Positions 8,044 to 16,315 of a stretch of 64,000 bases of DNA are shown piece after piece. This DNA is from Alphaproteobacteria bacterium. Lineage in GTDB: Bacteria > Pseudomonadota > Alphaproteobacteria > Micropepsales > Micropepsaceae. Both the position numbers and the translations under genes were made by a program. The notes below the pieces were generated by a model. It saw only the letters and a list, made by a program, of their open reading frames with translations. It made no database searches and was not told the DNA's origin. The DNA is taken from positions 1,366 to 65,365 of the forward strand of contig JAEUML010000130.1 of NCBI GenBank assembly GCA_016792785.1. Reading direction: 5' to 3'. How positions within the stretch are numbered: the first letter of the stretch is position 1; each line of letters opens with the position of its first letter.

Positions 8044-10557
8044 GTGATTCGAGTCTTAAGCAAATCTGCAATGGCAGCTGCCACAACAACGACAATGGTC
8101 GGGGCTTCGCCAGCACGTGCACAGGACGCACGGGCGCGAGCGATTTCAAAACGCGGAACGTCGCTTTGGATCGTGCTCGGCACGCTGGCGACCATTCTTT
8201 CCGTGGTGGCTGCGGGCGGCGTTCAGCTGCGCAAGGACCACGCACTCGCGCTTGAGCAGATCGAACGGGAAACCCGGTCGTTCGTGTCCGTGACGGGGGC
8301 GCTGGTCGCGACGACGCTGGACCGCACGCAAGTCACGATACTCAATGCCGCGAAGGTTGCACCGGGCGCCGGTGTTTCGGCGGACCCCGCCCTTATCAAT
8401 GTGATCGCGACCGACTCGCTCGGCAACGTGATGTGGGACCGCAACGGCACGCCGACGGAACCGCGGCGTGTGCTCGACACGGCGCTGATCCAGCGCCTGA
8501 TCGCGACACCCGACAGCGTGAAGTTCGTCGCGGGCACGTTCGCCGACAACGATTTCGGCAAGAGCCCAATCGCCCTTGCGATGCGCAATCCGAACGACGC
8601 GTCACAGACGCTGCTGGCGCTGATCGACCCTGTCTATCTGACGGCGATGCTTGAGGGCATTCAAAGCACCCGCGGGGTCAGCCTCGTGCTCTCGGATTCG
8701 CGTGCGCGCATGATTGCGGGAACGGCGATCGAGGACGGTCTCTACAGCAGCGCAGCGCAAGCGTTGCCTGCGAGCGTGTCGACGAGCCCGACCTTGCGTT
8801 ACGTGGCCGATGGCGGGGCGAACTATCTGGCGGGCGCGCGGCTGATCCCCGGCTACGACCTGCGGCTGATTGCGGTGACGCGCGCGGCCGACGCCTTGTC
8901 GGCGTGGTATCAGTCGTTGCCGCTGTATTCGATCATGATCTTTGGGCCGAGCTTGCTCGGTGCGGCGCTCGCCTGGGCACTGCTCAATCAGATGGAGCGC
9001 ACCTCGCGTGTCGACGGCGTGTTGCGCCGCACGGAGGAACGCTTCGAGCTTGCTGTCAGCGGCGCGAAGTGCGGTATTTGGGACTGGGATATCGCAAACA
9101 AGCGGCTCTATTGGTCGGGCGCGATGAACGCGCTGCTGGGGCAAGGCAAGCAGCCACGCATCCTGTCGCTCGACGAGGCGCAAGCTTTGATCCATCCCGA
9201 CGATCAGGGGGTTCTGGCGTCGATCGAAAGCTCGGTGCGCAACGGCGCGGAAAGCTACGACGAGTCCTTCCGGGCGCAGCATGCGGACGGGCACTGGGTG
9301 TGGGTGCGGGCGAAGGGGCAGCACTATCGCACCGTGCGTGCCGACGGCGGACGGCTTTCGGGCATCGTTCTCGACATCTCTGACCAGAAAACGGCGGATG
9401 AACGGGTCGATGCTGCCGAGCGCGTGCTGCAGGCGGCGTTCGAGAACGCTGCCGAAGCGTTCGCGCTGTGGGACCGCGAAGACCGGTTGATGATGTGCAA
9501 CCGCCGCTTCGGCGAGTTCTACGGCCTGGCGCGGACGGAGATCGGGCAGAAGCGCGACGACGTGTTCGGCCGCGCGACGACACCAGGCGTGAGTGCGGAC
9601 ACGGCCGAGCAACCGCTTGAAATGTTCGATTCCAGCGGCACGGCTTCAACGATCGAGTTGCAGCGCGCAGGCGAACGCTGGCTGCTCGTTAGCGAGCGGC
9701 GGGCGCTCGATGATGCGCGGATCACGGTTGCGACCGACATTACCGCACTCAAGGCGCATGAGGACGAGCTCGAGACGTCACGCAGTCTTCTCGAGGTGCA
9801 GACCAGGGAGCTTGAAGCCGAGAAGAGCCGCGCAGAAGACGCCAACCGCTCGAAGTCAGAATTCCTTGCGAACATGAGCCACGAGTTGCGCACGCCGCTG
9901 AATGCGATCATCGGCTTCTCGGACGTGATGCGGAACGAGATGCTGGGGCCGCTGCCGCCGCGCTATGTCGAATATGCGGTCGACATCCACCGCAGCGGCC
10001 AAGTGCTGCTCGACCTGATCAACGACGTGTTGAACATGGCGCGCATCGAGGCGGGCAAAGTGGAACTCGACCTTGCGCCCGTCGAATTGACCTCCCTCGT
10101 CAGCGAGGTGATCAAGACGGTCGAGCCGCAGGCGAAGGAAGCGGGCATCGAATTGCGCGTCGAGACGCGCGCGCTGCCGCCGGTGATGGCCGACAAGCGG
10201 GCGATCAAGCAGGTGATGATCAACCTGCTGTCGAACGCGGTGAAATTCAATTCGGAATCGGGGTTCATCACGGTCGAGACGCGTGCGGACGAGGGCGGCG
10301 TTTCGATTTGGATCCACGACACGGGCATCGGTATCGCCGACACCGACATCCCGCGCGTCGTCAAGGCGTTCGAGCGCGTGGAAACCGCGGCGGTCGGACG
10401 GCGGCGCAGCGGCACAGGGCTCGGACTTGCGGTGTCGAACGCGCTCGTCGAAATGCACGGCGGCAAACTTGTGATCGAGAGCGAGCTTTCGGTCGGCACC
10501 AGCGTGTACTTCACCCTGCCCTTGGCCGAAGCGCAGGCGCAGGCGCGCGTCGCCTGA
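8044..10557 (+). CDS. Membrane sensor histidine kinase with periplasmic domain, two PAS domains, HisKA and HATPase_c (PleC/DivJ-like core)
   Basis: Two TM segments (SLWIVLGTLATILSVVAAGGV and LYSIMIFGPSLLGAALAWALL) flank ~260 aa. PAS-like blocks are ERFELAVSGAKCGIWDWD and LQAAFENAAEAFALWD. The H-box is FLANMSHELRTPLNAIIGFSDVM, followed by N, G1 (DTGIGI) and G2 (GTGLGL) boxes. There is no receiver domain. The start is GTG. Confidence 0.9.
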   Translation: MIRVLSKSAMAAATTTTMVGASPARAQDARARAISKRGTSLWIVLGTLATILSVVAAGGVQLRKDHALALEQIERETRSFVSVTGALVATTLDRTQVTILNAAKVAPGAGVSADPALINVIATDSLGNVMWDRNGTPTEPRRVLDTALIQRLIATPDSVKFVAGTFADNDFGKSPIALAMRNPNDASQTLLALIDPVYLTAMLEGIQSTRGVSLVLSDSRARMIAGTAIEDGLYSSAAQALPASVSTSPTLRYVADGGANYLAGARLIPGYDLRLIAVTRAADALSAWYQSLPLYSIMIFGPSLLGAALAWALLNQMERTSRVDGVLRRTEERFELAVSGAKCGIWDWDIANKRLYWSGAMNALLGQGKQPRILSLDEAQALIHPDDQGVLASIESSVRNGAESYDESFRAQHADGHWVWVRAKGQHYRTVRADGGRLSGIVLDISDQKTADERVDAAERVLQAAFENAAEAFALWDREDRLMMCNRRFGEFYGLARTEIGQKRDDVFGRATTPGVSADTAEQPLEMFDSSGTASTIELQRAGERWLLVSERRALDDARITVATDITALKAHEDELETSRSLLEVQTRELEAEKSRAEDANRSKSEFLANMSHELRTPLNAIIGFSDVMRNEMLGPLPPRYVEYAVDIHRSGQVLLDLINDVLNMARIEAGKVELDLAPVELTSLVSEVIKTVEPQAKEAGIELRVETRALPPVMADKRAIKQVMINLLSNAVKFNSESGFITVETRADEGGVSIWIHDTGIGIADTDIPRVVKAFERVETAAVGRRRSGTGLGLAVSNALVEMHGGKLVIESELSVGTSVYFTLPLAEAQAQARVA

Positions 10558-10559
10558 GA

Positions 10560-11921
10560 TCAGAGATACCAGTCGTATTCGTGTGCCGAAATGTGATTGC
10601 GAAAGCGTTCAAGCTCCGCCCGTTTCGTCGCGCAGTAGAGATCGACGTAGGCGGGACCGAGATACTCGCGCAGCACCGAACCGTTTTCGAACGCTAGCAA
10701 CGCCGCATCGACCGCGAGCGGCAGCGTCTGATCGACGAATGCCGCAGCGTTGCCGTCGAACGGCGCGCCCGCGTCGAGGCCTTCGCTCATACCGTGGTGA
10801 ATGCCTGCCAGCACGGCGGCTAGCGCGAGATATGGATTCGCGTCGGCGCCCCCCAAACGGTGGACGATGCGCCAGGGCTCACCTTCGCCGCCGTCGACGC
10901 TCAACGCCGTCGTTGCATTGGCAAAGCCCCAGCGTTTGTTGCGCGCTGCGTCGTTTGCGGTGAAGCGGCGATAGGCGTTGGCATTCGGCGCGAATAGCGC
11001 GATCGAATCCGCCATCAGCGCCTGCAGTCCGCCCAATGCCGCCCGCAACACTTCGCCGGCGCCGCCGCGCGCACCCGCAAATGCGTCTTTGCCGGAGCGG
11101 TGTTCAAGTGCCACTTCGATCTCGAGCGCGCAGCCTGGCGCCGCGAGAAAGGGCTTGGCCATGAACGTTGCGTCGAGGCCGCGCTTTCTTGCGACGGCGC
11201 GCACGATCTGGCGCAAGAACACCGCGTGATCGCCCGCGCGTACGGCATCGCCAGGCGCCAGCGCTATTCTGAAGCGGCCAGGCGCCGCTTGCGAGGTCGT
11301 GGTCAGCGGCGGCAAGCCTTGGATGTCGGCCGCTTCGGCGATGCCGGTCAGCACGCCGTCAAAGCGGTCAACGTCGCCAATGCCGAAAGCGGCGGGCGCG
11401 GTCTCGGCCACGGGAGGTTGGGGAACGCCGCCCTTCGTCTTGTCTTTGTCGAAAAGATGAAACTCGAACGCGCAGCCGACGGACGGCACCAAGCCCAGCG
11501 AATCGAATCGCCCGACCACGCGCTCGAGCACATTGCGTGGCTCGCCGAAGTAGGGCTGTCCTTTCGCATCGCACAATGTCATGAGCACTTGGCCGTGCGG
11601 GCGCTGCGACCAATTGACCCTCGTCAGCGTGCCCGCGACCGGCCACGCGACACCTTCTGCTGCGTCGCCGGGTTTCGTCCGTTCGATCACGTCGCCCCGG
11701 GCGTCGAGGAAATAGATCGTCGGCGGGATTTTCAGACCCTGCTCAAAGATGCCGGCGAGTTCGTCACGCGACACGCGCTTGCCGCGTACGACGCCGCATA
11801 AATCGGCGAACACGCAATCGACATACTGAACGGCCGGATTTTCCTGGAGGAAATCGCCGACGCCGACAGCGTCGTGGGATACGCCGTGTTCCATCGAACG
11901 CGGGTCTTGATCGGCCTTCAT
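10560..11921 (-). CDS. Glutamine synthetase family protein (gamma-glutamyl-polyamine synthetase, PuuA/PauA-like)
   Basis: Shows a GS catalytic-domain pattern (KPF....GCA.E.....H, NPYLALAAVLAGIHHG, ...ISAHEYDWYL at the C-terminus). The length is ~453 aa from ATG 11921. A GTG at 11948 would add 9 aa. Confidence 0.85.
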   Translation of the reverse strand: MKADQDPRSMEHGVSHDAVGVGDFLQENPAVQYVDCVFADLCGVVRGKRVSRDELAGIFEQGLKIPPTIYFLDARGDVIERTKPGDAAEGVAWPVAGTLTRVNWSQRPHGQVLMTLCDAKGQPYFGEPRNVLERVVGRFDSLGLVPSVGCAFEFHLFDKDKTKGGVPQPPVAETAPAAFGIGDVDRFDGVLTGIAEAADIQGLPPLTTTSQAAPGRFRIALAPGDAVRAGDHAVFLRQIVRAVARKRGLDATFMAKPFLAAPGCALEIEVALEHRSGKDAFAGARGGAGEVLRAALGGLQALMADSIALFAPNANAYRRFTANDAARNKRWGFANATTALSVDGGEGEPWRIVHRLGGADANPYLALAAVLAGIHHGMSEGLDAGAPFDGNAAAFVDQTLPLAVDAALLAFENGSVLREYLGPAYVDLYCATKRAELERFRNHISAHEYDWYL

Positions 11922-12289
11922 CGAATTGTCTTCTAAGGCTCTTCCCACCGGGTTCGCGAGCCCCCCTTCGCACCTCCAGAATAGGGCGTTCGGAAGGGGG
12001 CCAGCAACCGGCGATTGTTCGTCGCGTTAAGTGCCGCAAACGGCATGATTCCGAGGGTTTCAACGGTGCCCAGGTGCGGCGTAAAGCCCTTGGCCTGCGA
12101 CTTGTGCGTCTATTGTTGGCCCTGTGGGAAATGAATAGTGTTCGGCGCAAGTCGCGCTCGAACGTGCGGTGGGGACCTTTGCATTCAGACGGCGGCTGCG
12201 GCTGCCGTTTTTCGCGAGGGGCCGAACGTGTGACAGAGCGCGGCGTTACATGGCCACCATGACAAACACGGCCATAATGGAGAGAAGGA

Positions 12290-12631
12290 ATGAATAGAAC
12301 TGGTTTGTTTCTCTTTATCGCGGTCGTCATCCTGGCGGTCGCTGCCTATTGGTACTACTCCACGCGCATGAAGCCGGCCGAAGCTCCGGCAGACGCGACG
12401 GCGACGGAAGCTCCGGCCGACGCGACGGCTCCGGCTGATGCGACGGCTCCGGCTGATGCGACGGCTCCGGCCGATGCGACGGCTCCGGCCGACGGCGCGG
12501 CTCCGGCCGACGGTGCGGCTCCGGCTGACGGTGCTGCTCCGGCTGACGGCGCTGCTCCGGCTGACGGCGCTGCTCCGGCGGAAGCCCCGGCTGAGGCGCC
12601 TGCGGCTCCGGCCGAAGGCACGCCGCAGTAA
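12290..12631 (+). CDS. Small signal-anchored protein with Ala/Pro/Asp-rich hexapeptide tandem repeats (hypothetical)
   Basis: The ATG is preceded by GGAGAGAAGGA. A single N-terminal TM segment is present (MNRTGLFLFIAVVILAVAAYWYY). It is followed by APADAT x4 and APADGA x5 repeats. The gene has its own strong terminator at 12668-12704. The repeat keeps all frames open, so strand and frame choice rest on the SD, TM segment and terminator. Confidence 0.65.
   Translation: MNRTGLFLFIAVVILAVAAYWYYSTRMKPAEAPADATATEAPADATAPADATAPADATAPADATAPADGAAPADGAAPADGAAPADGAAPADGAAPAEAPAEAPAAPAEGTPQ
12410..12571 (+). repeat. Tandem array of nine 18-bp units (GCTCCGGCYGAYGCGACG / GCTCCGGCYGACGGYGCK)
   Basis: Read directly: four units encode APADAT and five units encode APADGA. 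Degenerate copies lie at 12383-12400 and 12572-12620. Confidence 0.95.
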
Positions 12632-12667
12632 CTCTGCTGCGCAAACAATCCGCTTGACGGAATTGGG

Positions 12668-12704
12668 CATGCGGTTCGCTAATTGCGGACCGCATGTTTT
12701 TTTT
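12668..12704 (+). terminator. Strong rho-independent terminator after the repeat-protein gene
   Basis: A 12-bp stem CATGCGGTTCGC / GCGGACCGCATG (one G-U pair), loop TAATT, followed by eight consecutive T (12697-12704). Confidence 0.8.
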
Positions 12705-12750
12705 CGTCCTGCGGTACCCAACTTCGATCGATCTCAAGGAGCATCGACCC

Positions 12751-13881
12751 ATGAACAGATCAGGCTTGATCGCCCTGCTGGCGATCATCGTGCTTGGCGC
12801 CGGCGGCTACTATTTCTACACGCAGTCGCAGAAGTCGGGCGAAGCAACGCCGACGGCTACAACGGATACGCCGGTTGCTGCGGTCGCCGAGGGCGGCGAT
12901 AGCGAACCGCTGCTCTTCACGTTTGAGGACTGGACCAACGAAGCATTCCTCGCCGAGTACAAAGAGAAGTACGGCAAGGATCCGCGCACGGCGTTGTGGG
13001 CGGACGAAGACGAAGCGTTCGCGAAGATGCGCGCGGGCTACAAGCCCGACGTTATGGGCCCGTGCTCTTACGAATTCGGGCGCTGGCAGGAAGCCGGCCT
13101 CATTCAGCCGATCGATGTCACGAAGCTGAAGCACTGGAAGGATATCCCGGACTATCTGAAGAACATTCCGGGCATGATGAAGTCCGAAACCGAAGCGTGG
13201 TTCGTTCCGCAATATTGGGCGAACACGTCGGTCACCTACCGCACCGACCTCGCGCCGGAATATGTCGGCAAGGAAAGCTGGAAGATACTGTTCGACCCGA
13301 AATACAAGGGCCGTATCGCTGGTCTGGACGGCGTCGACGACACGGTGACGCTGATCGCCAAGACTTGGGGCATCGACCCCTACAACATGACGCCCGAGCA
13401 GTGGACGACGCTGCAAGGCAAGCTGCGCGAGTTCGTGGCGGCGGCGCGCTTCATCTCGAGTGATGAAACGTCTCTCAGCCAAGGCCTCGCGTCCGGCGAG
13501 ATCGTGGCCGCGATCACGTGGAACCAAACGCCGGCAGCGCTGAGGAAAGAGGGCAAGCCCGTCGCTTACATGAACCCGCCGGGCGGCATGTTCACGTACG
13601 TGTGCGGTCTCGTGCTGCATGCCGAGTCGACAAACGTCGAGAAGGCGTACGCGTTGATCGACAGCTCGATCGCGCCCGGTGCGATGAAGTATCAGTTCGA
13701 CGAGCTTTCGAACGGTCCCGCGAACATGTCGGTCTTCGCCGACTACACGGACGAACAGCTCGCCGAGAAGGGCTTCGTGCGCGACGTCAAGACGTTCCTG
13801 GAATCAGGCACGTTCCAGCAGCGGCTGAAGAACAAGGACGAGATCGTGAAGTTCTGGACGGAAATCCGCGGCGGCGGTTAG
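12751..13881 (+). CDS. ABC transporter substrate-binding protein, PotD/PotF-like (polyamine type), with uncleaved-looking N-terminal membrane anchor
   Basis: ATG 12751 (MNRSGLIALLAIIVLGAGGYYFY) gives a hydrophobic anchor with no lipobox Cys and no clear AxA cleavage site. A Thr/Pro/Ala linker follows. The remainder resembles family-1 polyamine-binding proteins (KPDVMGPCSYEFGRWQEAGLIQPID, PQYWANTSVTYRTD). The 19 upstream codons of the track ORF run through the terminator. Confidence 0.85.
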   Translation: MNRSGLIALLAIIVLGAGGYYFYTQSQKSGEATPTATTDTPVAAVAEGGDSEPLLFTFEDWTNEAFLAEYKEKYGKDPRTALWADEDEAFAKMRAGYKPDVMGPCSYEFGRWQEAGLIQPIDVTKLKHWKDIPDYLKNIPGMMKSETEAWFVPQYWANTSVTYRTDLAPEYVGKESWKILFDPKYKGRIAGLDGVDDTVTLIAKTWGIDPYNMTPEQWTTLQGKLREFVAAARFISSDETSLSQGLASGEIVAAITWNQTPAALRKEGKPVAYMNPPGGMFTYVCGLVLHAESTNVEKAYALIDSSIAPGAMKYQFDELSNGPANMSVFADYTDEQLAEKGFVRDVKTFLESGTFQQRLKNKDEIVKFWTEIRGGG

Positions 13882-13912
13882 TCGTCCCACTGATTCATCG
13901 CATTTGATTCCG

Positions 13913-13945
13913 ACCCCGGGCGTCTCGCGACGTCCGGGGTTTTTC
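13913..13945 (+). terminator. Rho-independent terminator after the binding-protein gene
   Basis: A 12-bp stem ACCCCGGGCGTC / GACGTCCGGGGT (one G-U pair), loop TCGC, followed by TTTTCT. It abuts the stop of the convergent gene. Confidence 0.75.
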
Positions 13946-14484
13946 TATTGCTCTGCCGTCACGCCCAATTCGCGGCACATTTTGACGAGTTGGCCGGGTT
14001 CGCGCGGCGTTCGTTTGGGACGGACAGGTGAGAGAAAGCGCGCCGTCGCTTCGCGCGCGAAGTGGTTGCGTTCATCTTGCGTCAGCTGAAGGACGACTTC
14101 GGCCACGATGGCTTCGCGTTCTGCGGCGACGGCGGCCTCGGCGGCGGTGATGCGCGAGAGCGACGCGCGGAAGGCGGCTTCATCGAAGGGCTCGCCACGA
14201 AACTTCTGGAACATTGCACGGCGAGCGTCGGCGACATCTCTGCCCAAGCGGCGAAACGTCTGCATGCGCGTCGCGAGCGCCTTGCACATCTTGACCGCGC
14301 CGGACGGTGGCAGCATTTGAAGCACGACCTCTGGGCGCAAGCCGCCGCCAACGCCGCTCAGCGCCGCGCGGTTGCGCGCCACAATCAGTCCCATCACAAC
14401 GACGCCGACGAGAAAGAGATTGAGGCAGAGCGAGGCAATCAGCCACCAACTCCAACGTCTGGTGCGCACGGAGGTTTCGCTCAT
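13945..14484 (-). CDS. Periplasmic heavy-metal-sensor / Spy-CpxP-like protein, membrane anchored
   Basis: The start ATG 14484 overlaps the upstream stop (ATGA). One TM segment is present (WSWWLIASLCLNLFLVGVVVMGLIV). The helical periplasmic part (FDEAAFRASLSRITAAEAAVAAEREAIVAEVVLQLTQDERNHFA) resembles the Metal_resist family commonly encoded after ECF sigma/anti-sigma pairs. Confidence 0.7.
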   Translation of the reverse strand: MSETSVRTRRWSWWLIASLCLNLFLVGVVVMGLIVARNRAALSGVGGGLRPEVVLQMLPPSGAVKMCKALATRMQTFRRLGRDVADARRAMFQKFRGEPFDEAAFRASLSRITAAEAAVAAEREAIVAEVVLQLTQDERNHFAREATARFLSPVRPKRTPREPGQLVKMCRELGVTAEQ

Positions 14485-14933
14485 GTGCCGTCTCCCAGCT
14501 CGCCCCAAGCGTCGGTGTCAAAGTCACCGAAGGCGAGCAGCGCGGGGTCGACGGCTTGCGGGTCGCCGAGCCCTGCGATCTCGGGCAGCGTCGCGCCGAC
14601 GGCCAGGCCAAGCGCCAGCGAACAAGCGAGCGCGGAGGCCGGCGCCCAGCCGCCGGGCAAGAGGTCGGCGAGCCGCGCGAGCAGGCTGGGGCGCGCTGTG
14701 CGCTGCTCAGGCAGGTGCGCGAGGATGCGGTCTTCGAGCGCGCGCGTGACCTTTTGGGTTTCGGCGGCGTCGAGCAGCCGGTCGAGCGCGGCGGCTTCCT
14801 CGAGCCATACCCGCGCCTCAGGCGTCGCCTTCAGAAACGCCTCGGCGGCGGCGCGTTCGGCCTCGGGCCAGCGGGCTGGATTTGCGCCGTAGGCGTCGGT
14901 CAGCGCTTTGATGCGTTCAAGATTCATCGGCAC
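14481..14933 (-). CDS. Putative anti-sigma factor (ECF-associated, single C-terminal TM segment)
   Basis: It lies immediately downstream of the ECF sigma gene (3-nt gap). A 150-aa cytoplasmic helical N-terminus is followed by the TM segment GGWAPASALACSLALGLAVGATL. No HxxxCxxC zinc motif is present. The function is inferred from position. Confidence 0.6.
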   Translation of the reverse strand: MPMNLERIKALTDAYGANPARWPEAERAAAEAFLKATPEARVWLEEAAALDRLLDAAETQKVTRALEDRILAHLPEQRTARPSLLARLADLLPGGWAPASALACSLALGLAVGATLPEIAGLGDPQAVDPALLAFGDFDTDAWGELGDGT

Positions 14934-14936
14934 GTC

Positions 14937-15569
14937 TCATCTTTCTTCGTTCGAAAACACGTCTTTGCTCATCGGCTCGAGCAGCTTGCGCAGCGCGCGA
15001 CGGCCGCGCGAAAGCAGACTTTCCATCGCCTCGACACTGACGCCCATGATTGCGGCGGCGTCGATGTTCGTCAGGCTCTGATAGTGACAGAGCACCAACG
15101 CCTCGCGCTGACGTTCCGGCAGGCGTTGCAGCGCTTCGTTCACGGCCTTGGCGAGTTCCTTCTCCATCATCCGTGCGGCAGGGCTGGGTGCGCCGTCCGG
15201 CATGTCAGGCACATCATCAAGCGCCGCCGTCGGGCGACGGCGCAGGCGGTCGTAGCAAAGATTGATCGCGACGCGATGCATCCAGGTCTCGAACTTCGCC
15301 TGCCCCGGCTGCCAGCGCGCAGCGTGCGTCCACACGCGCACGAACACATCCTGGGCCACGTCCTCGGCTTCGGCGGCGTCGCCCAGCATGCGTCGACCGA
15401 GGTTCAGGATCTTCGGCAAATGACGGGCCATGAGTGCGCGCGCGGCTGCGCGGTCGCCGCTCGCCACGCGCCCGACAAGCTCGCCATCCGGGTCTTCGAT
15501 CACACGCCTCCGCCCAGACTCACCTTCGGCCCCAGTGTGCGGGGCGCTGTTTGCGATCGCCAAGTCCAT
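14937..15569 (-). CDS. ECF-family RNA polymerase sigma factor
   Basis: Region 2 is LVGRVASGDRAAARALMARHLPKILNLGRRMLGDAAEAEDVAQDVFVRVWTHA...ETWMHRVAINLCYDRLRRR. Region 4 is ALQRLPERQREALVLCHYQSLTNIDAAAIMGVSVEAMESLLSRGRRAL. The longest ORF (to 15665) would leave only 14 bp to the divergent mtnB start, so ATG 15569 (210 aa) is preferred. Confidence 0.85.
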   Translation of the reverse strand: MDLAIANSAPHTGAEGESGRRRVIEDPDGELVGRVASGDRAAARALMARHLPKILNLGRRMLGDAAEAEDVAQDVFVRVWTHAARWQPGQAKFETWMHRVAINLCYDRLRRRPTAALDDVPDMPDGAPSPAARMMEKELAKAVNEALQRLPERQREALVLCHYQSLTNIDAAAIMGVSVEAMESLLSRGRRALRKLLEPMSKDVFSNEER

Positions 15570-15679
15570 TTGCAGTGGTTGAACGGTCCGGGGGCCGCAA
15601 TCCGTCGGGGGTGACATTGGGGCAAGAGGTCCCATATTAACGTCCCCGCCATAGGCGGGACCCAAGAGGCGGTAACCAA

Positions 15680-16315
15680 ATGAACAGCGCCGTGCCCATT
15701 CGCCACGATGCCCTGCCCGAGGATGCGGTCCGCGGGGTGATCGCGCTCGCTCACCACGCGGGCGCCAAGGGCTGGGTGCCGGCGACGAGTGGCAATTTCT
15801 CGGTCCGCATCGATGACGACCATTGTGCGATCACGGCCTCGGGCGGCGACAAAGGCGCGCTGACCGCGGACGGCGTGATCCGCGCCAGCGTTCGCGGACC
15901 TGCGCACCCGCGCGCCTCGGCCGAAGCGCCGCTGCACTACCTGATGTACCGGATGTCGCCTGAGATCGGGGCGGTGGCGCACGTGCATGCGCAGCCGGCC
16001 GTGCTGGCCTCGCTCGTCCTTGCTAAGAAGGAGCGCGTCAAGATCAAGGGGCTTGAGCTCTTGAAGGCGTTCAAAGGGATCACCACGCACGACACCCATC
16101 TCGACGTGCCGATCTTCGACAACGATCAGGACATGGAAGGACTCGCGCAGCGCGTCGAAGCGCGGCTCAAGTCGGACGGGCTCGGTTTCGGGTTTCTGCT
16201 TGCGGGGCACGGGATCTATGCGTGGGGGGCGAACGCCGGCGAGGCGCTTCGACATCTCGACGCTTTCGACTATCTTTTCACGTTGATGCTGAAGCTGAAA
16301 GGAATACCGGCATGA
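15680..16315 (+). CDS. mtnB: Methylthioribulose-1-phosphate dehydratase (class II aldolase/adducin fold)
   Basis: It has 211 aa, with WVPATSGNFSVR and the HVH metal-site region. It is followed, with an ATGA overlap, by mtnD and then mtnC. Confidence 0.85.
   Translation: MNSAVPIRHDALPEDAVRGVIALAHHAGAKGWVPATSGNFSVRIDDDHCAITASGGDKGALTADGVIRASVRGPAHPRASAEAPLHYLMYRMSPEIGAVAHVHAQPAVLASLVLAKKERVKIKGLELLKAFKGITTHDTHLDVPIFDNDQDMEGLAQRVEARLKSDGLGFGFLLAGHGIYAWGANAGEALRHLDAFDYLFTLMLKLKGIPA

Noticed and set aside
7028-8245. A 405-aa minus-strand ORF spanning the pepN 3' end, the intergenic region and the kinase 5' end.
   Set aside because: It crosses two well-supported plus-strand genes and an intergenic spacer, and it has an Arg-rich composition.
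12091-12105. A sigma-54-like element TGGCCT-N5-TTGT upstream of the repeat-protein and binding-protein genes.
   Set aside because: The GG is present, but the invariant GC of the -12 element is replaced by GT. It is a single weak match that cannot be supported without a search matrix.
12185-12788. Three overlapping minus-strand ORFs (97-178 aa) and a plus-strand 154-aa ORF across the 18-bp repeat array.
   Set aside because: The repeat keeps every frame open. These frames give Arg/Ser/Pro- or Leu/Arg-rich products without an SD, TM segment or terminator. The chosen frame has all three.
15645-15659. The palindrome CCCGCC-ATA-GGCGGG between the ECF sigma gene and mtnB, considered as a candidate operator.
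   Set aside because: It has only 6-bp arms in GC-rich DNA, so a chance occurrence is plausible. It is mentioned only as context in the ECF finding.
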